From: a virus
Taxonomy: Duplodnaviria; Heunggongvirae; Uroviricota; Caudoviricetes
Reading direction: 5' to 3' (one strand)
Length of the DNA stretch: 24,425 nucleotides
Virus record (IMG/VR): IMGVR_UViG_3300010396_000003
Coordinates: 128,001 to 152,425 of that record
Of the stretch, positions 16,217 to 23,556 are shown one piece after another. The number at the start of each line of letters is the position of its first letter. The first letter of the stretch is position 1. The notes beneath the pieces are model-generated. The model was not told where the DNA came from, did no database searches, and worked only from the letters and a program-made list of their open reading frames with translations. Position numbers and translations under genes: made by a program.

Positions 16217-16253
16217 GTTCCAACACCCTTTCTGCTGGACATGGTTCTGTAAC
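16217..16253 (-). CRISPR. solitary CRISPR repeat GTTACAGAACCATGTCCAGCAGAAAGGGTGTTGGAAC
   Basis: 37 nt, 32/37 identical to array repeat R1, same strand, intergenic, hairpin preserved. Confidence 0.88.
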
Positions 16254-16349
16254 GGAGTGACGTAATTTATTTGCGCTATGGTATCTATCCCATAAAATAA
16301 AATGCAGCCTCTTCCGGCGTGATGGCTCTGATAATTTCTTTTTCGTCCG

Positions 16350-16790
16350 TCATGCCGCATTCTCGCGTTGGTGTTCAAAGGCAAGCTGGTTATCGTGCTT
16401 TGTCCAGTGACCCTTCTTGGCGCACTCAGGGCCAAGACCGCGGTGGAGACTGGCTGGAACCGTAAGGGTGCGCCCACAACGAGCGCACTTGCTTTCTTTC
16501 ATGGCGAAAGCCATTTGTGCCTGCTCCGGCTCTCTGGCTACTACATCCAGAGCATAGCGAATGCGAGTCAGTCGCTTTGGTTCATTCGCCTGTTCGAACT
16601 TGTGCCAAAACCTGATCTGGTTATCGTCGGTTAAAAAGCCAACACCTTGAAAACGAAAATTATTTTGACGATCACGCTTCGGCGTGGAGATACCAACTAC
16701 GGCTTTCCCGTTCCAATCGCTAATACGGATTGTGCGATATTGCCCGTCCGAATACACGATGGAGTAGTGACCAAACGCTAGACGCGGCAT
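16350..16790 (-). CDS. DUF6011 domain protein
   Basis: C-terminal CARCGRTLTVPASLHRGLGPECAKK signature. Confidence 0.85.
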   Translation of the reverse strand: MPRLAFGHYSIVYSDGQYRTIRISDWNGKAVVGISTPKRDRQNNFRFQGVGFLTDDNQIRFWHKFEQANEPKRLTRIRYALDVVAREPEQAQMAFAMKESKCARCGRTLTVPASLHRGLGPECAKKGHWTKHDNQLAFEHQRENAA

Positions 16791-16877
16791 CTGGAATCCT
16801 TTCTGCGAATCGCCACCTTCTAAACATGGACGGCACTATAGACCCACGTAAAGATAAGTGGCGACTCGCGTACTACG

Positions 16878-16906
16878 ATTATAAAGTTAGAGTCTAAGAT
16901 TGTCAA
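16878..16906 (-). promoter_or_regulatory. consensus sigma70 promoter TTGACA-N17-TATAAT with palindrome TTAGACTCTAA in the spacer
   Basis: Minus strand reads TTGACA atcttagactctaactt TATAAT, intergenic. Confidence 0.88.
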
Positions 16907-16947
16907 TACTGTAATACAAAGCGAAAGATACTGGAGAATAGTGTTAT

Positions 16948-18027
16948 TTATTCATCCAGCGTGAGAATGCGTGACGGTTTGGACGTAATAAGCGAAGACA
17001 ATGCGCTGTCGATTGTGTCGAATCCGTACTTCACGTAGGCGCGTACATCTTCGTCGGAACGCAATAGGTCTGCGTTCGTGTCTTTCAAGAGAGACTTCGC
17101 CTTGTCGACCAAGACTTTCAGTTGCCGATCCTCCGTGATGTTGCGCACGTCGAACGTCTCCAGAAATTCGTTGATCTTCTTAAACGAATTCTCTTTAAAA
17201 ATTTTCGTTTTGCCGTCTTCCCCAGGAGTAAGACGCTCGCGCAGATGCTCAATCATTTCAGCCATGTTCTGGCGAAGCATTTGCTGAATGACCCCGCGTG
17301 CCTTTTCCCATGATGCGGCTGTTTTCTGGATTTCTTGTTTCCGGAGTTTTTCGCTCAACTTTTGCCGGCTTGGTGGCATGATTTCCATGAAGCGCCACGT
17401 TAACCGGAAGGATTGGCGAATGACGTCCGGTGGCGGATATTGCGACTTGTCAAATAGGTTCTTGAGACGATGCCGTGCCTCTTTGATCAAATCGTCATAG
17501 TTATCGACAAGTTTTTTAACCAAGGCATCGCGCTTCTTGGCATATTCGGTCAGCTTGGCATCGACTTCATCAGCCAATGCTTTTGGAAGCAGGTAGATGC
17601 CCTTCTTGATCGTGAACGGCAAAGCCAGGCTGTCGATATACCGCCGTACTTCGCCGTCCAGAGAGGTGATGGCTGTCAATTCTTCGGCGTCCCACAGTTT
17701 CTTCGAGACTGCTAGCCATTCCTTGTCGGACGTTTTGTTGTCTTCGGTCAATTCAATGTTCTCGGTATCAACCTTGCGGTGATTGCCGATCGCGGAAAAG
17801 GTGAGAACGAAGATGACTGTCTTTTCCTCCATTTCCTCGATGCTGGCAATGTGCGCCGGCGGCAGCTTGATTTTCTTGTCCTGCTTCGGCAGTGCTTTTT
17901 TGGGTAGTTCTGGTTTCTGGCTCAGCCTCGCTTCGCCTCGCGGCGGACCGGCCGGACCATACTTAGAGCGGATCGTATCCCAGGCACGTTTTGCATTAGC
18001 AGAACGCTCTGCATGTGAAAGCGCCAT
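16948..18027 (-). CDS. DUF3150-like helical phage/ICE protein
   Basis: VSKKL...LPF...GIYLLP...F...YP....IRQSFRLTW...IEHLRERL pattern. RBS GAAAGGA. Ends PSRILTLDE. Confidence 0.6.
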   Translation of the reverse strand: MALSHAERSANAKRAWDTIRSKYGPAGPPRGEARLSQKPELPKKALPKQDKKIKLPPAHIASIEEMEEKTVIFVLTFSAIGNHRKVDTENIELTEDNKTSDKEWLAVSKKLWDAEELTAITSLDGEVRRYIDSLALPFTIKKGIYLLPKALADEVDAKLTEYAKKRDALVKKLVDNYDDLIKEARHRLKNLFDKSQYPPPDVIRQSFRLTWRFMEIMPPSRQKLSEKLRKQEIQKTAASWEKARGVIQQMLRQNMAEMIEHLRERLTPGEDGKTKIFKENSFKKINEFLETFDVRNITEDRQLKVLVDKAKSLLKDTNADLLRSDEDVRAYVKYGFDTIDSALSSLITSKPSRILTLDE

Positions 18028-18083
18028 TTTGTTTCCTTTCGTCTTGGATTTTATAACTCGAAATACTTGCGTTGGATTGTCTG

Positions 18084-18559
18084 CTACCGCGATTCTTGGA
18101 CGAGTTTTGGTAAAAACTTGAAAGAATTGTCGATTTCCATGAGTGTATCGTTTACGAAGCGTCGCGTCTTACCGTGTAATCGAATGGTGTAATAATTTTC
18201 CTTGTACCATGTGTGGATGTCCCAATTCCCATGAGTCGCGCGTCTCGCACCCATCCAATCGGCGATCATTTCGAGTGCGTAACGCTCTGGCATCTGTCTT
18301 AAAAAACTTGATTCATGTTCGTAAGTGCACCAATATTCCCAGTGATGAGGATTCAGTTGTTTGTGACGGCGCTGGGCGCGGGCTAACTCTGCGCCATGGA
18401 TGCCTACGATTTGGCGTAGGCTTTCCATTTAAAGGGATGTAGTTTATCCAAATCGTGAAGAACAAGCTGCAACAAGGGAACGCCGAGGTAAAGACCGACT
18501 CGCAGCACAAAAAACTTATGCCGAATCATGTAACTTAAAAATCGATAGTGCTTGCCCAT
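18084..18559 (-). pseudogene. DUF5662-like HD-superfamily protein split by a single-base frameshift
   Basis: ATG 18559 (RBS GGGAG) gives MGKHYRFLSYMIRHKFFV...LHDLDKL...AYAKS* with stop at 18404. A shifted frame continues ...RHKQLNPHHWEYW...MPERYALEMIADWMGA. Confidence 0.65.
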
Positions 18560-18594
18560 CTAAAATCTCCCGCTTTGGATTTTACTCCGTGGTC

Positions 18595-19626
18595 CTAGAC
18601 TAAAACATAATCCGTTTCGATGGTTACTTCGGCGAGAGTTATCGAATCCTTGATGAGGCGCAGGTCGTTGCCAAACGCAATCTTTGGCGTGACATTGTTC
18701 TGTTCATCGATCTGGAGGTATCCTTTTCCCATCCACGGTGAACGATGATTATTGCTATAGCGTTCAGGAAGCGTGCGGTAATGTACCCGCGCGCGCAGAA
18801 GCGGATCACCCGGAATCGGATGGGCAAAGGCAATATCGATCACCGGTCCGTCCGGCTTGGCGGTTGCCTTGGTATTCACCCGAGCAAGTGTTGATGCAAA
18901 ATAGCGTGATAATTCGACGATCAATTCATCGTCGGATTTTGTCGGCCAGAGCTGATGATAGTGCGCCAGATAGTAATCGCGCTGTTCTTGTGGAATATCT
19001 CCGCGCCAACCCATGTCGACTAAGAGTTTTGATTCACGAATCATCCCGCTTGTTAGATAGCGATAGAACGTTGGCTGGTAGGCTTTTGCCAATTCGCTAA
19101 ACCTGGTCCAGTTTGTGAACATCGTTTCGGTGGAGGGATCGGCGCTGTCTCCCAAAACAGCACGCGAAAGTTTAATAAAGGAAGCGACATAATGCTCAAT
19201 TTGCAAGAGACCGCGATTTTCAAAGAGCCAGCGGTCACCGAGATCCTCGAGCCGGAAGCGAAAGAGGGATTCAATGCCCTGCATTTCGAGTTCTTTTTTC
19301 AGGCAAAGTAATTGCCGAAGCGCCATAAACTCCAAGATGTCGATTCCCTGATTATCATCTTGCTTTCTGGCGCCCCAGGGAAGATAGAAGGTAATCTTAT
19401 TGTTGGAACCAGACATTGTGGCGTCAGATTTGTATATTGAACCGGTGGCATTGCGAACCACATCGCGGATTTTTACTTGCGTCTCCGGGGCTGGCAGTGG
19501 ACCATAGCGGCGTTGCTTTGTGCCGAGGATTGCCGCGACGATCGCTTCAAACCGCACCCGTTGGTTTGTACTGAGTGGAATCTGCGTCTGACAAAAGGTT
19601 TCGATTAACCGCGTATACGGCGTCAT
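18595..19626 (-). CDS. hypothetical enzyme, possibly PvcA/Dit1 (isocyanide synthase)-like fold
   Basis: Start at ATG 19626 (RBS AGGAGAG). ITFYLPWGARK...DILEFMALRQL...FRLED and C-terminal SPW resemble PvcA/Dit1 motif spacing. The ORF is solid; the function call is weak. Confidence 0.45.
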   Translation of the reverse strand: MTPYTRLIETFCQTQIPLSTNQRVRFEAIVAAILGTKQRRYGPLPAPETQVKIRDVVRNATGSIYKSDATMSGSNNKITFYLPWGARKQDDNQGIDILEFMALRQLLCLKKELEMQGIESLFRFRLEDLGDRWLFENRGLLQIEHYVASFIKLSRAVLGDSADPSTETMFTNWTRFSELAKAYQPTFYRYLTSGMIRESKLLVDMGWRGDIPQEQRDYYLAHYHQLWPTKSDDELIVELSRYFASTLARVNTKATAKPDGPVIDIAFAHPIPGDPLLRARVHYRTLPERYSNNHRSPWMGKGYLQIDEQNNVTPKIAFGNDLRLIKDSITLAEVTIETDYVLV

Positions 19627-19683
19627 AGTGCGCTCTCCTAGAATTGGATTGGCTACCATGTTCTGTGGTCCCCTTTGTTTGGA

Positions 19684-19869
19684 TTAAACTATTACTCGCT
19701 CGATCAGTGCATCGGCCGTCGCATCAATGATGCGAGAGACCAATAGCGTCGCGGTTATTTGTTGTCCGGCGTGAAAATAGAGCGCAATTCCCATGGCGGC
19801 GATTGCCGACAGGAGAAATAACAATTTTGTTTTACGAGACAGCATTTCTTTCTTTTTGTGCTTCGACAC
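19684..19869 (-). CDS. small membrane protein
   Basis: Basic N-terminus followed by the hydrophobic LLFLLSAIAAMGIALYF segment. Confidence 0.6.
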   Translation of the reverse strand: MSKHKKKEMLSRKTKLLFLLSAIAAMGIALYFHAGQQITATLLVSRIIDATADALIERVIV

Positions 19870-19923
19870 GTCTCCGTCCCTCCATTATGTGGAAGTGGTT
19901 AGTATCGGGTTGTTGCTTTGGAT

Positions 19924-20079
19924 TTAACGACCAGAGGTTGATTCGAGGCGTTCTAATTCTGCCAATTGTTTCTTGGCGTCGTTTCTGCGTTTCGTGACAA
20001 AGTCGATTTCCCGGTCTATTTCGTCGTAAAAGAACTGCCCAACGAAGTACCAGAGCAGTTTTCCGACAAGGTGGCGCAT
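19924..20079 (-). CDS. small hypothetical protein (51 aa)
   Basis: Manual translation: MRHLVGKLLWYFVGQFFYDEIDREIDFVTKRRNDAKKQLAELERLESTSGR. RBS GAAAGGG. Confidence 0.5.
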   Translation of the reverse strand: MRHLVGKLLWYFVGQFFYDEIDREIDFVTKRRNDAKKQLAELERLESTSGR

Positions 20080-20339
20080 GGTTGACCCTTTCCGAGTAGA
20101 TTCTTCTTAATCCACCCAACTTCCGCGTTTAAAGCATCGCCCCTGAGCCGGAAACCGGTCATTACGGGTCCGGAAACCGGTGTTAGGTCTACGGTCCAAG
20201 TCCCATTGTCCGCAGGCTCTACATGACTCGCACGGCGGGTTTTGGTGTTGCCCTCTTCAAACAATGGTATAAGGGCGTCGTCGTAGATGGTTGTAATGGT
20301 GCCGTCTGGCGCGATATCCACGATTAGTTCATCGTTCAT
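20016..20339 (-). CDS. small conserved protein typical of AAA/DUF1257/DUF2997 clusters
   Basis: MNDELIVDIAPDGTITTIYDD...RRASHVEP...WTVDL.PV.GP...F..R..AL.AEV.W. RBS GAAAGGA. Confidence 0.7.
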   Translation of the reverse strand: MNDELIVDIAPDGTITTIYDDALIPLFEEGNTKTRRASHVEPADNGTWTVDLTPVSGPVMTGFRLRGDALNAEVGWIKKNLLGKGQPCATLSENCSGTSLGSSFTTK

Positions 20340-20517
20340 TTTGAATCCTTTCGATCGGAGCGACACCGACTTGAGCGATTAATCGGCACGTCCAACAGAT
20401 GTAGAAAGACGGCGCGGTGCGAACTGGAAATTCCTTAGTCAGAAGATCCAGTTCGCAATTACAAGTCGGGCAGTGACTTTTGGGTGCGGATTGAACGATG
20501 TAGGTGCTTTTAGCCAC
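20329..20517 (-). CDS. small zinc-ribbon protein
   Basis: HCPTC...FYICWTC. Confidence 0.65.
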   Translation of the reverse strand: MAKSTYIVQSAPKSHCPTCNCELDLLTKEFPVRTAPSFYICWTCRLIAQVGVAPIERIQNER

Positions 20518-20695
20518 GCGCCTTTACCTGTGCTGGTTGGGCGAGATGCATTTCTGGTGTAGCTGTTTCTTGGAGTTTCTTGCCCAAAGCTTCTTCCAGA
20601 TCCTTCGTGGCAGCTAAACACGCTTTGCCGCGGAAGCCTTTGGTCGTCACTTGCGCCTGTCCATCCGGCGCGATATCCACGATTATTTCTAACAC
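20510..20695 (-). CDS. DUF2997 family protein
   Basis: EIIVDIAPDGQAQVTTKGFRGKACLAATKDLEEALG...TPEM signature. RBS GAGGTG. Confidence 0.85.
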   Translation of the reverse strand: MLEIIVDIAPDGQAQVTTKGFRGKACLAATKDLEEALGKKLQETATPEMHLAQPAQVKARG

Positions 20696-20733
20696 GATTC
20701 ACCTCGAGTTTTTTGATTCGGCTTGTGCCGGGC

Positions 20734-21192
20734 TCAGCTTGCTTTCGTATATTTGAGTTGAACGTGACCATTTGGCAGGCGAGATTGAACCAAGCGATAT
20801 CCCGGTGGCGATTTCTTTTTGGCGATATTCACTTGGTATCCCTGTTTAAGCAGGTCTCCATTCTTCCCGACTGCGGCTTCCAGACCATAGCCGCCTGAAT
20901 AGAAATCCCACAGCAATTGAAAGCCGGCGCGACCGTCGCGGCGCTTAACGACTCCCACTTCGTAAGAGCCGCGCTGATAAGCGGGATGGGTTTGAGGCAC
21001 GCGAATAGCGTGATCGCACTTACCGAGGTCTTCTTCCTTAAATCCGTCCGGCAACGGATAATCGCCGACAGAATGGCCCCACCACTTATACGTCTTTTGA
21101 CCCTGGACGAGCTCTAGTCCAAGCTCTTGACAAGTCTTAGTAAGCGCGTCCAGGTCTTTTACTTCAATTTCCATAGTAGCTACATGGCTCAT
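20734..21192 (-). CDS. DUF1257 (Ycf35-like) family protein
   Basis: MSHVATMEIEVKDLDAL...LGL...YEVGV...FQLLWD...LKQGY, lying between the AAA ATPase and DUF2997. Confidence 0.75.
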   Translation of the reverse strand: MSHVATMEIEVKDLDALTKTCQELGLELVQGQKTYKWWGHSVGDYPLPDGFKEEDLGKCDHAIRVPQTHPAYQRGSYEVGVVKRRDGRAGFQLLWDFYSGGYGLEAAVGKNGDLLKQGYQVNIAKKKSPPGYRLVQSRLPNGHVQLKYTKAS

Positions 21193-21193
21193 T

Positions 21194-21565
21194 TCATTCC
21201 TCCAAACTGAAAATGCGTTTCGATATTATCGTGATTGTAGTTTCCGAAATTTTAACCTGTTCCGGTTGTAATTTCTTTTCGTGTTCTATCCTCTCCCGCT
21301 CAGCACGATGTTCCATTTCTTCCTTATGCTGTTGTTGGAGAAGACGCATGCGTTCCTGTTCCTTGATCCGCAAACGTGCTTCCTTTAATTTTAACTCCTT
21401 TACATAAGCGATGTGTTCGCAATTTCGTCCGCGCGCTGATTCTGGCGGTAATCCAATCTGTCCACAATCGCACGCCCACGTCCCATCTTCGAATTGCGAA
21501 ACGTTGGCAATGCGAATTGGCGGATAGCCGATAGGTACTTGCCAGGTCTGGACGCCTATAGCCAT
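21194..21565 (-). CDS. SWIM zinc-finger protein with coiled coil
   Basis: Start taken at ATG 21565. WACDC...CEHI matches CxC-xn-CxH. Ends KRIFSLEE. Confidence 0.7.
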   Translation of the reverse strand: MAIGVQTWQVPIGYPPIRIANVSQFEDGTWACDCGQIGLPPESARGRNCEHIAYVKELKLKEARLRIKEQERMRLLQQQHKEEMEHRAERERIEHEKKLQPEQVKISETTITIISKRIFSLEE

Positions 21566-21572
21566 GTTGAGG

Positions 21573-21902
21573 TTAGTCCATAATGATAATGCGGGTCTTT
21601 TTCTGTGTAAACGGTGTAATGACCGATGCCGATACGGTGACCGGTTCGGATGTTGGTTGCTGTTTTGAACGCCCTGTCTGCTTAACTGTCGGTTGTGGCG
21701 TCTGTGTATGTGCAAACACTTCCGGTTCTTCGTTTTGGACACCAAGGATGTGTTTGCATGGACCGCGAGGTCTTGCTTTCTGAAAGATCCAGCCGCCACA
21801 AGCGCAGGCCCAGGAATGATCATCGTACAATGTCACCTTGTACGATTTAGACGAGTCTGTGTGGCTGGCTACATCCCATTGCATTAATTTGTTTTTTGCC
21901 AT
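21573..21902 (-). CDS. SWIM zinc-finger protein
   Basis: VASHTDSSKSYKV...WACACGGWIF...PCKHI. Ends TRIIIMD. Confidence 0.8.
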   Translation of the reverse strand: MAKNKLMQWDVASHTDSSKSYKVTLYDDHSWACACGGWIFQKARPRGPCKHILGVQNEEPEVFAHTQTPQPTVKQTGRSKQQPTSEPVTVSASVITPFTQKKTRIIIMD

Positions 21903-21903
21903 T

Positions 21904-23529
21904 TCAGTTCACGTCTTCCTTGCTGAATTTACGGGTTGATTTGCCGGGGATGATCGCACCAACGACGACAATGCCTTCCTGCTTTTCTTCTTCGATTGTC
22001 TTTGGCGCTTCATAGTTACCGGAAGTGGAAGCAGAAATGTAATTACCATCCGCTTCTCGACGCAACGCTTCCAATTGCTTTGCCTTGCTTTTGGCAATCG
22101 GAACAATGTACTTCGCCGCTTCGATCAGTGTGCGATTGAAATCGTGTGCCATTTCACAGCACGCTTGGATTTCTGAACCGGTCCAGAGACGATCATCGGG
22201 TTTCTTCTGCTTGGGCAAATTAAATTTGCCCATGTGGATTCCCCAAATCACATCGCGCTCTTTACTGCTTGGCAAATCGAAAAAGAATTTGCCAAACTTG
22301 AACCGCCGTAACAGTTCCGGTGGAAGGTTGTCGATATTGTTGCAGGTCGCAATAAAGAAAGCACGTTCCTGCGAGACCGCTTCGACAACTTTAAGGGCAA
22401 GCCGGATATTCGCGTTACTTTCGCCAACGAGCGATCCTTTCATATCGCCCAAGTTCATCTGAATAACAGGAATGCCGGCTTCATTCCCGACAGCTTTTGC
22501 AATTTCGGTTTTGCCGACGCCACCAGGACCCAATAGCAAGATGCCTTTGGCTTTCTTGTCCTGCATGAAGGTTAACTGCGCTTTGAGCATTTCTTGTGTA
22601 ACACCGCTTAGGTCGGAACCCGATCCGGCCATATCCTTGTCGATTTCGTCTTGAAAGACGAATGCTGCCGGACGGTTTGGGTTAGTATCCTTGATAACTT
22701 CATTCAAAAATGATTTGATGTTTTCCAAACCACCGATATCCGAAAATCTTTCTCCGCCGCGCCAAACCGCAAGACCTGGTGTTTGTTCGATTTGCTTGCG
22801 CTTGCGCTCATACATTGAATCAATATCGAGGCCGTTGCGCGTAATCGACATTGCCGTTACTTGATCCGCCGGAAACGCCGACAAACCAGCAAGTGCATCG
22901 ACGGCACGTTTCAGGACTTCCTCTGTCGGTTCATTGGCACCGGCATCTTTATGCATCTGTGTAACGATTGCCGCCAACTGGTCACGATTCGGAAGCGGTT
23001 CATCTAAAACCAGGACGTCATTAGCCAGTTCTGGTGGAAGTGTAATGTCGGGGCAGAGAAACACTACCGTTGCCCCGCGCTCCTTGACCGCATCACGTAA
23101 ATTCCAGATCGCCTGAATGAATGTTGGGTCGGCCGTATTACCGCCGAGGAATCGCTGAGGATTAATCATATAAAGGACGCCAAACTTGGCAAGTCTGCGC
23201 CATGCCCGGATCAAAACTTCAGTCGGGTTGCAAAGGATGTTCGGTTCTTCTCCCTTATTCCGGTCGATCCACGTCTGCACGTTCAACTCACCTGGCGACG
23301 GCTGAGTCTTATCGTTTACAATCTTTGGAAAAAGATTCAGTCCAACAGCACCGTTGACGACATCCCATACGATTAACGGCGTCTCGTTTCGTTTGTTCTT
23401 TTTATCGATATCCAAAACAATCAGAGCCGTCTGTTTGATTGTGGATGATGGGTCTGGCGTTCGAATCACGATCAGCGGAGTACTAACCTTACGTGCCGCT
23501 GCGAATTGCTCGATAAATGATTTTGCCAT
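21904..23529 (-). CDS. Ycf46-like AAA+ ATPase with permuted Walker B / Walker A order
   Basis: Degenerate N-terminal AAA-like domain (LPPELA), then FSDIGGLENIK, FVFQDEIDK, KGILLLGPGGVGKT, GSLVGES, FIATCN, LPPELLRR, FFFDLP, WTGSEI. Confidence 0.9.
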   Translation of the reverse strand: MAKSFIEQFAAARKVSTPLIVIRTPDPSSTIKQTALIVLDIDKKNKRNETPLIVWDVVNGAVGLNLFPKIVNDKTQPSPGELNVQTWIDRNKGEEPNILCNPTEVLIRAWRRLAKFGVLYMINPQRFLGGNTADPTFIQAIWNLRDAVKERGATVVFLCPDITLPPELANDVLVLDEPLPNRDQLAAIVTQMHKDAGANEPTEEVLKRAVDALAGLSAFPADQVTAMSITRNGLDIDSMYERKRKQIEQTPGLAVWRGGERFSDIGGLENIKSFLNEVIKDTNPNRPAAFVFQDEIDKDMAGSGSDLSGVTQEMLKAQLTFMQDKKAKGILLLGPGGVGKTEIAKAVGNEAGIPVIQMNLGDMKGSLVGESNANIRLALKVVEAVSQERAFFIATCNNIDNLPPELLRRFKFGKFFFDLPSSKERDVIWGIHMGKFNLPKQKKPDDRLWTGSEIQACCEMAHDFNRTLIEAAKYIVPIAKSKAKQLEALRREADGNYISASTSGNYEAPKTIEEEKQEGIVVVGAIIPGKSTRKFSKEDVN

Positions 23530-23556
23530 TTCCAGCTTCTCCTTCGTTTTTGGATT

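Noticed and set aside
16217-16253. Solitary repeat as a tracrRNA anti-repeat
   Set aside because: It is a full-length copy in the same orientation as the array within a minus-strand transcript, so it would not pair with the crRNA unless transcribed antisense. I see no evidence of antisense transcription.
16268-16277. 10-mer TATTTGCGCT shared between the region next to the solitary repeat and the third spacer region (6341-6350)
   Set aside because: Short, on opposite sides of the respective repeats, and mismatched at the repeat-proximal seed positions. It cannot be distinguished from chance.
16214-16477. 87-aa minus-strand ORF ending QNHVQQKGCWN
   Set aside because: It overlaps the DUF6011 gene out of frame and ends in the translated solitary repeat.
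17699-17711. Partial self-match of spacer 2 (TTCTTCGAGA, 10 nt) inside the DUF3150-like gene
   Set aside because: Only 10 contiguous matches, which can occur by chance in 24 kb. By eye I found no full protospacer for any spacer in the window.
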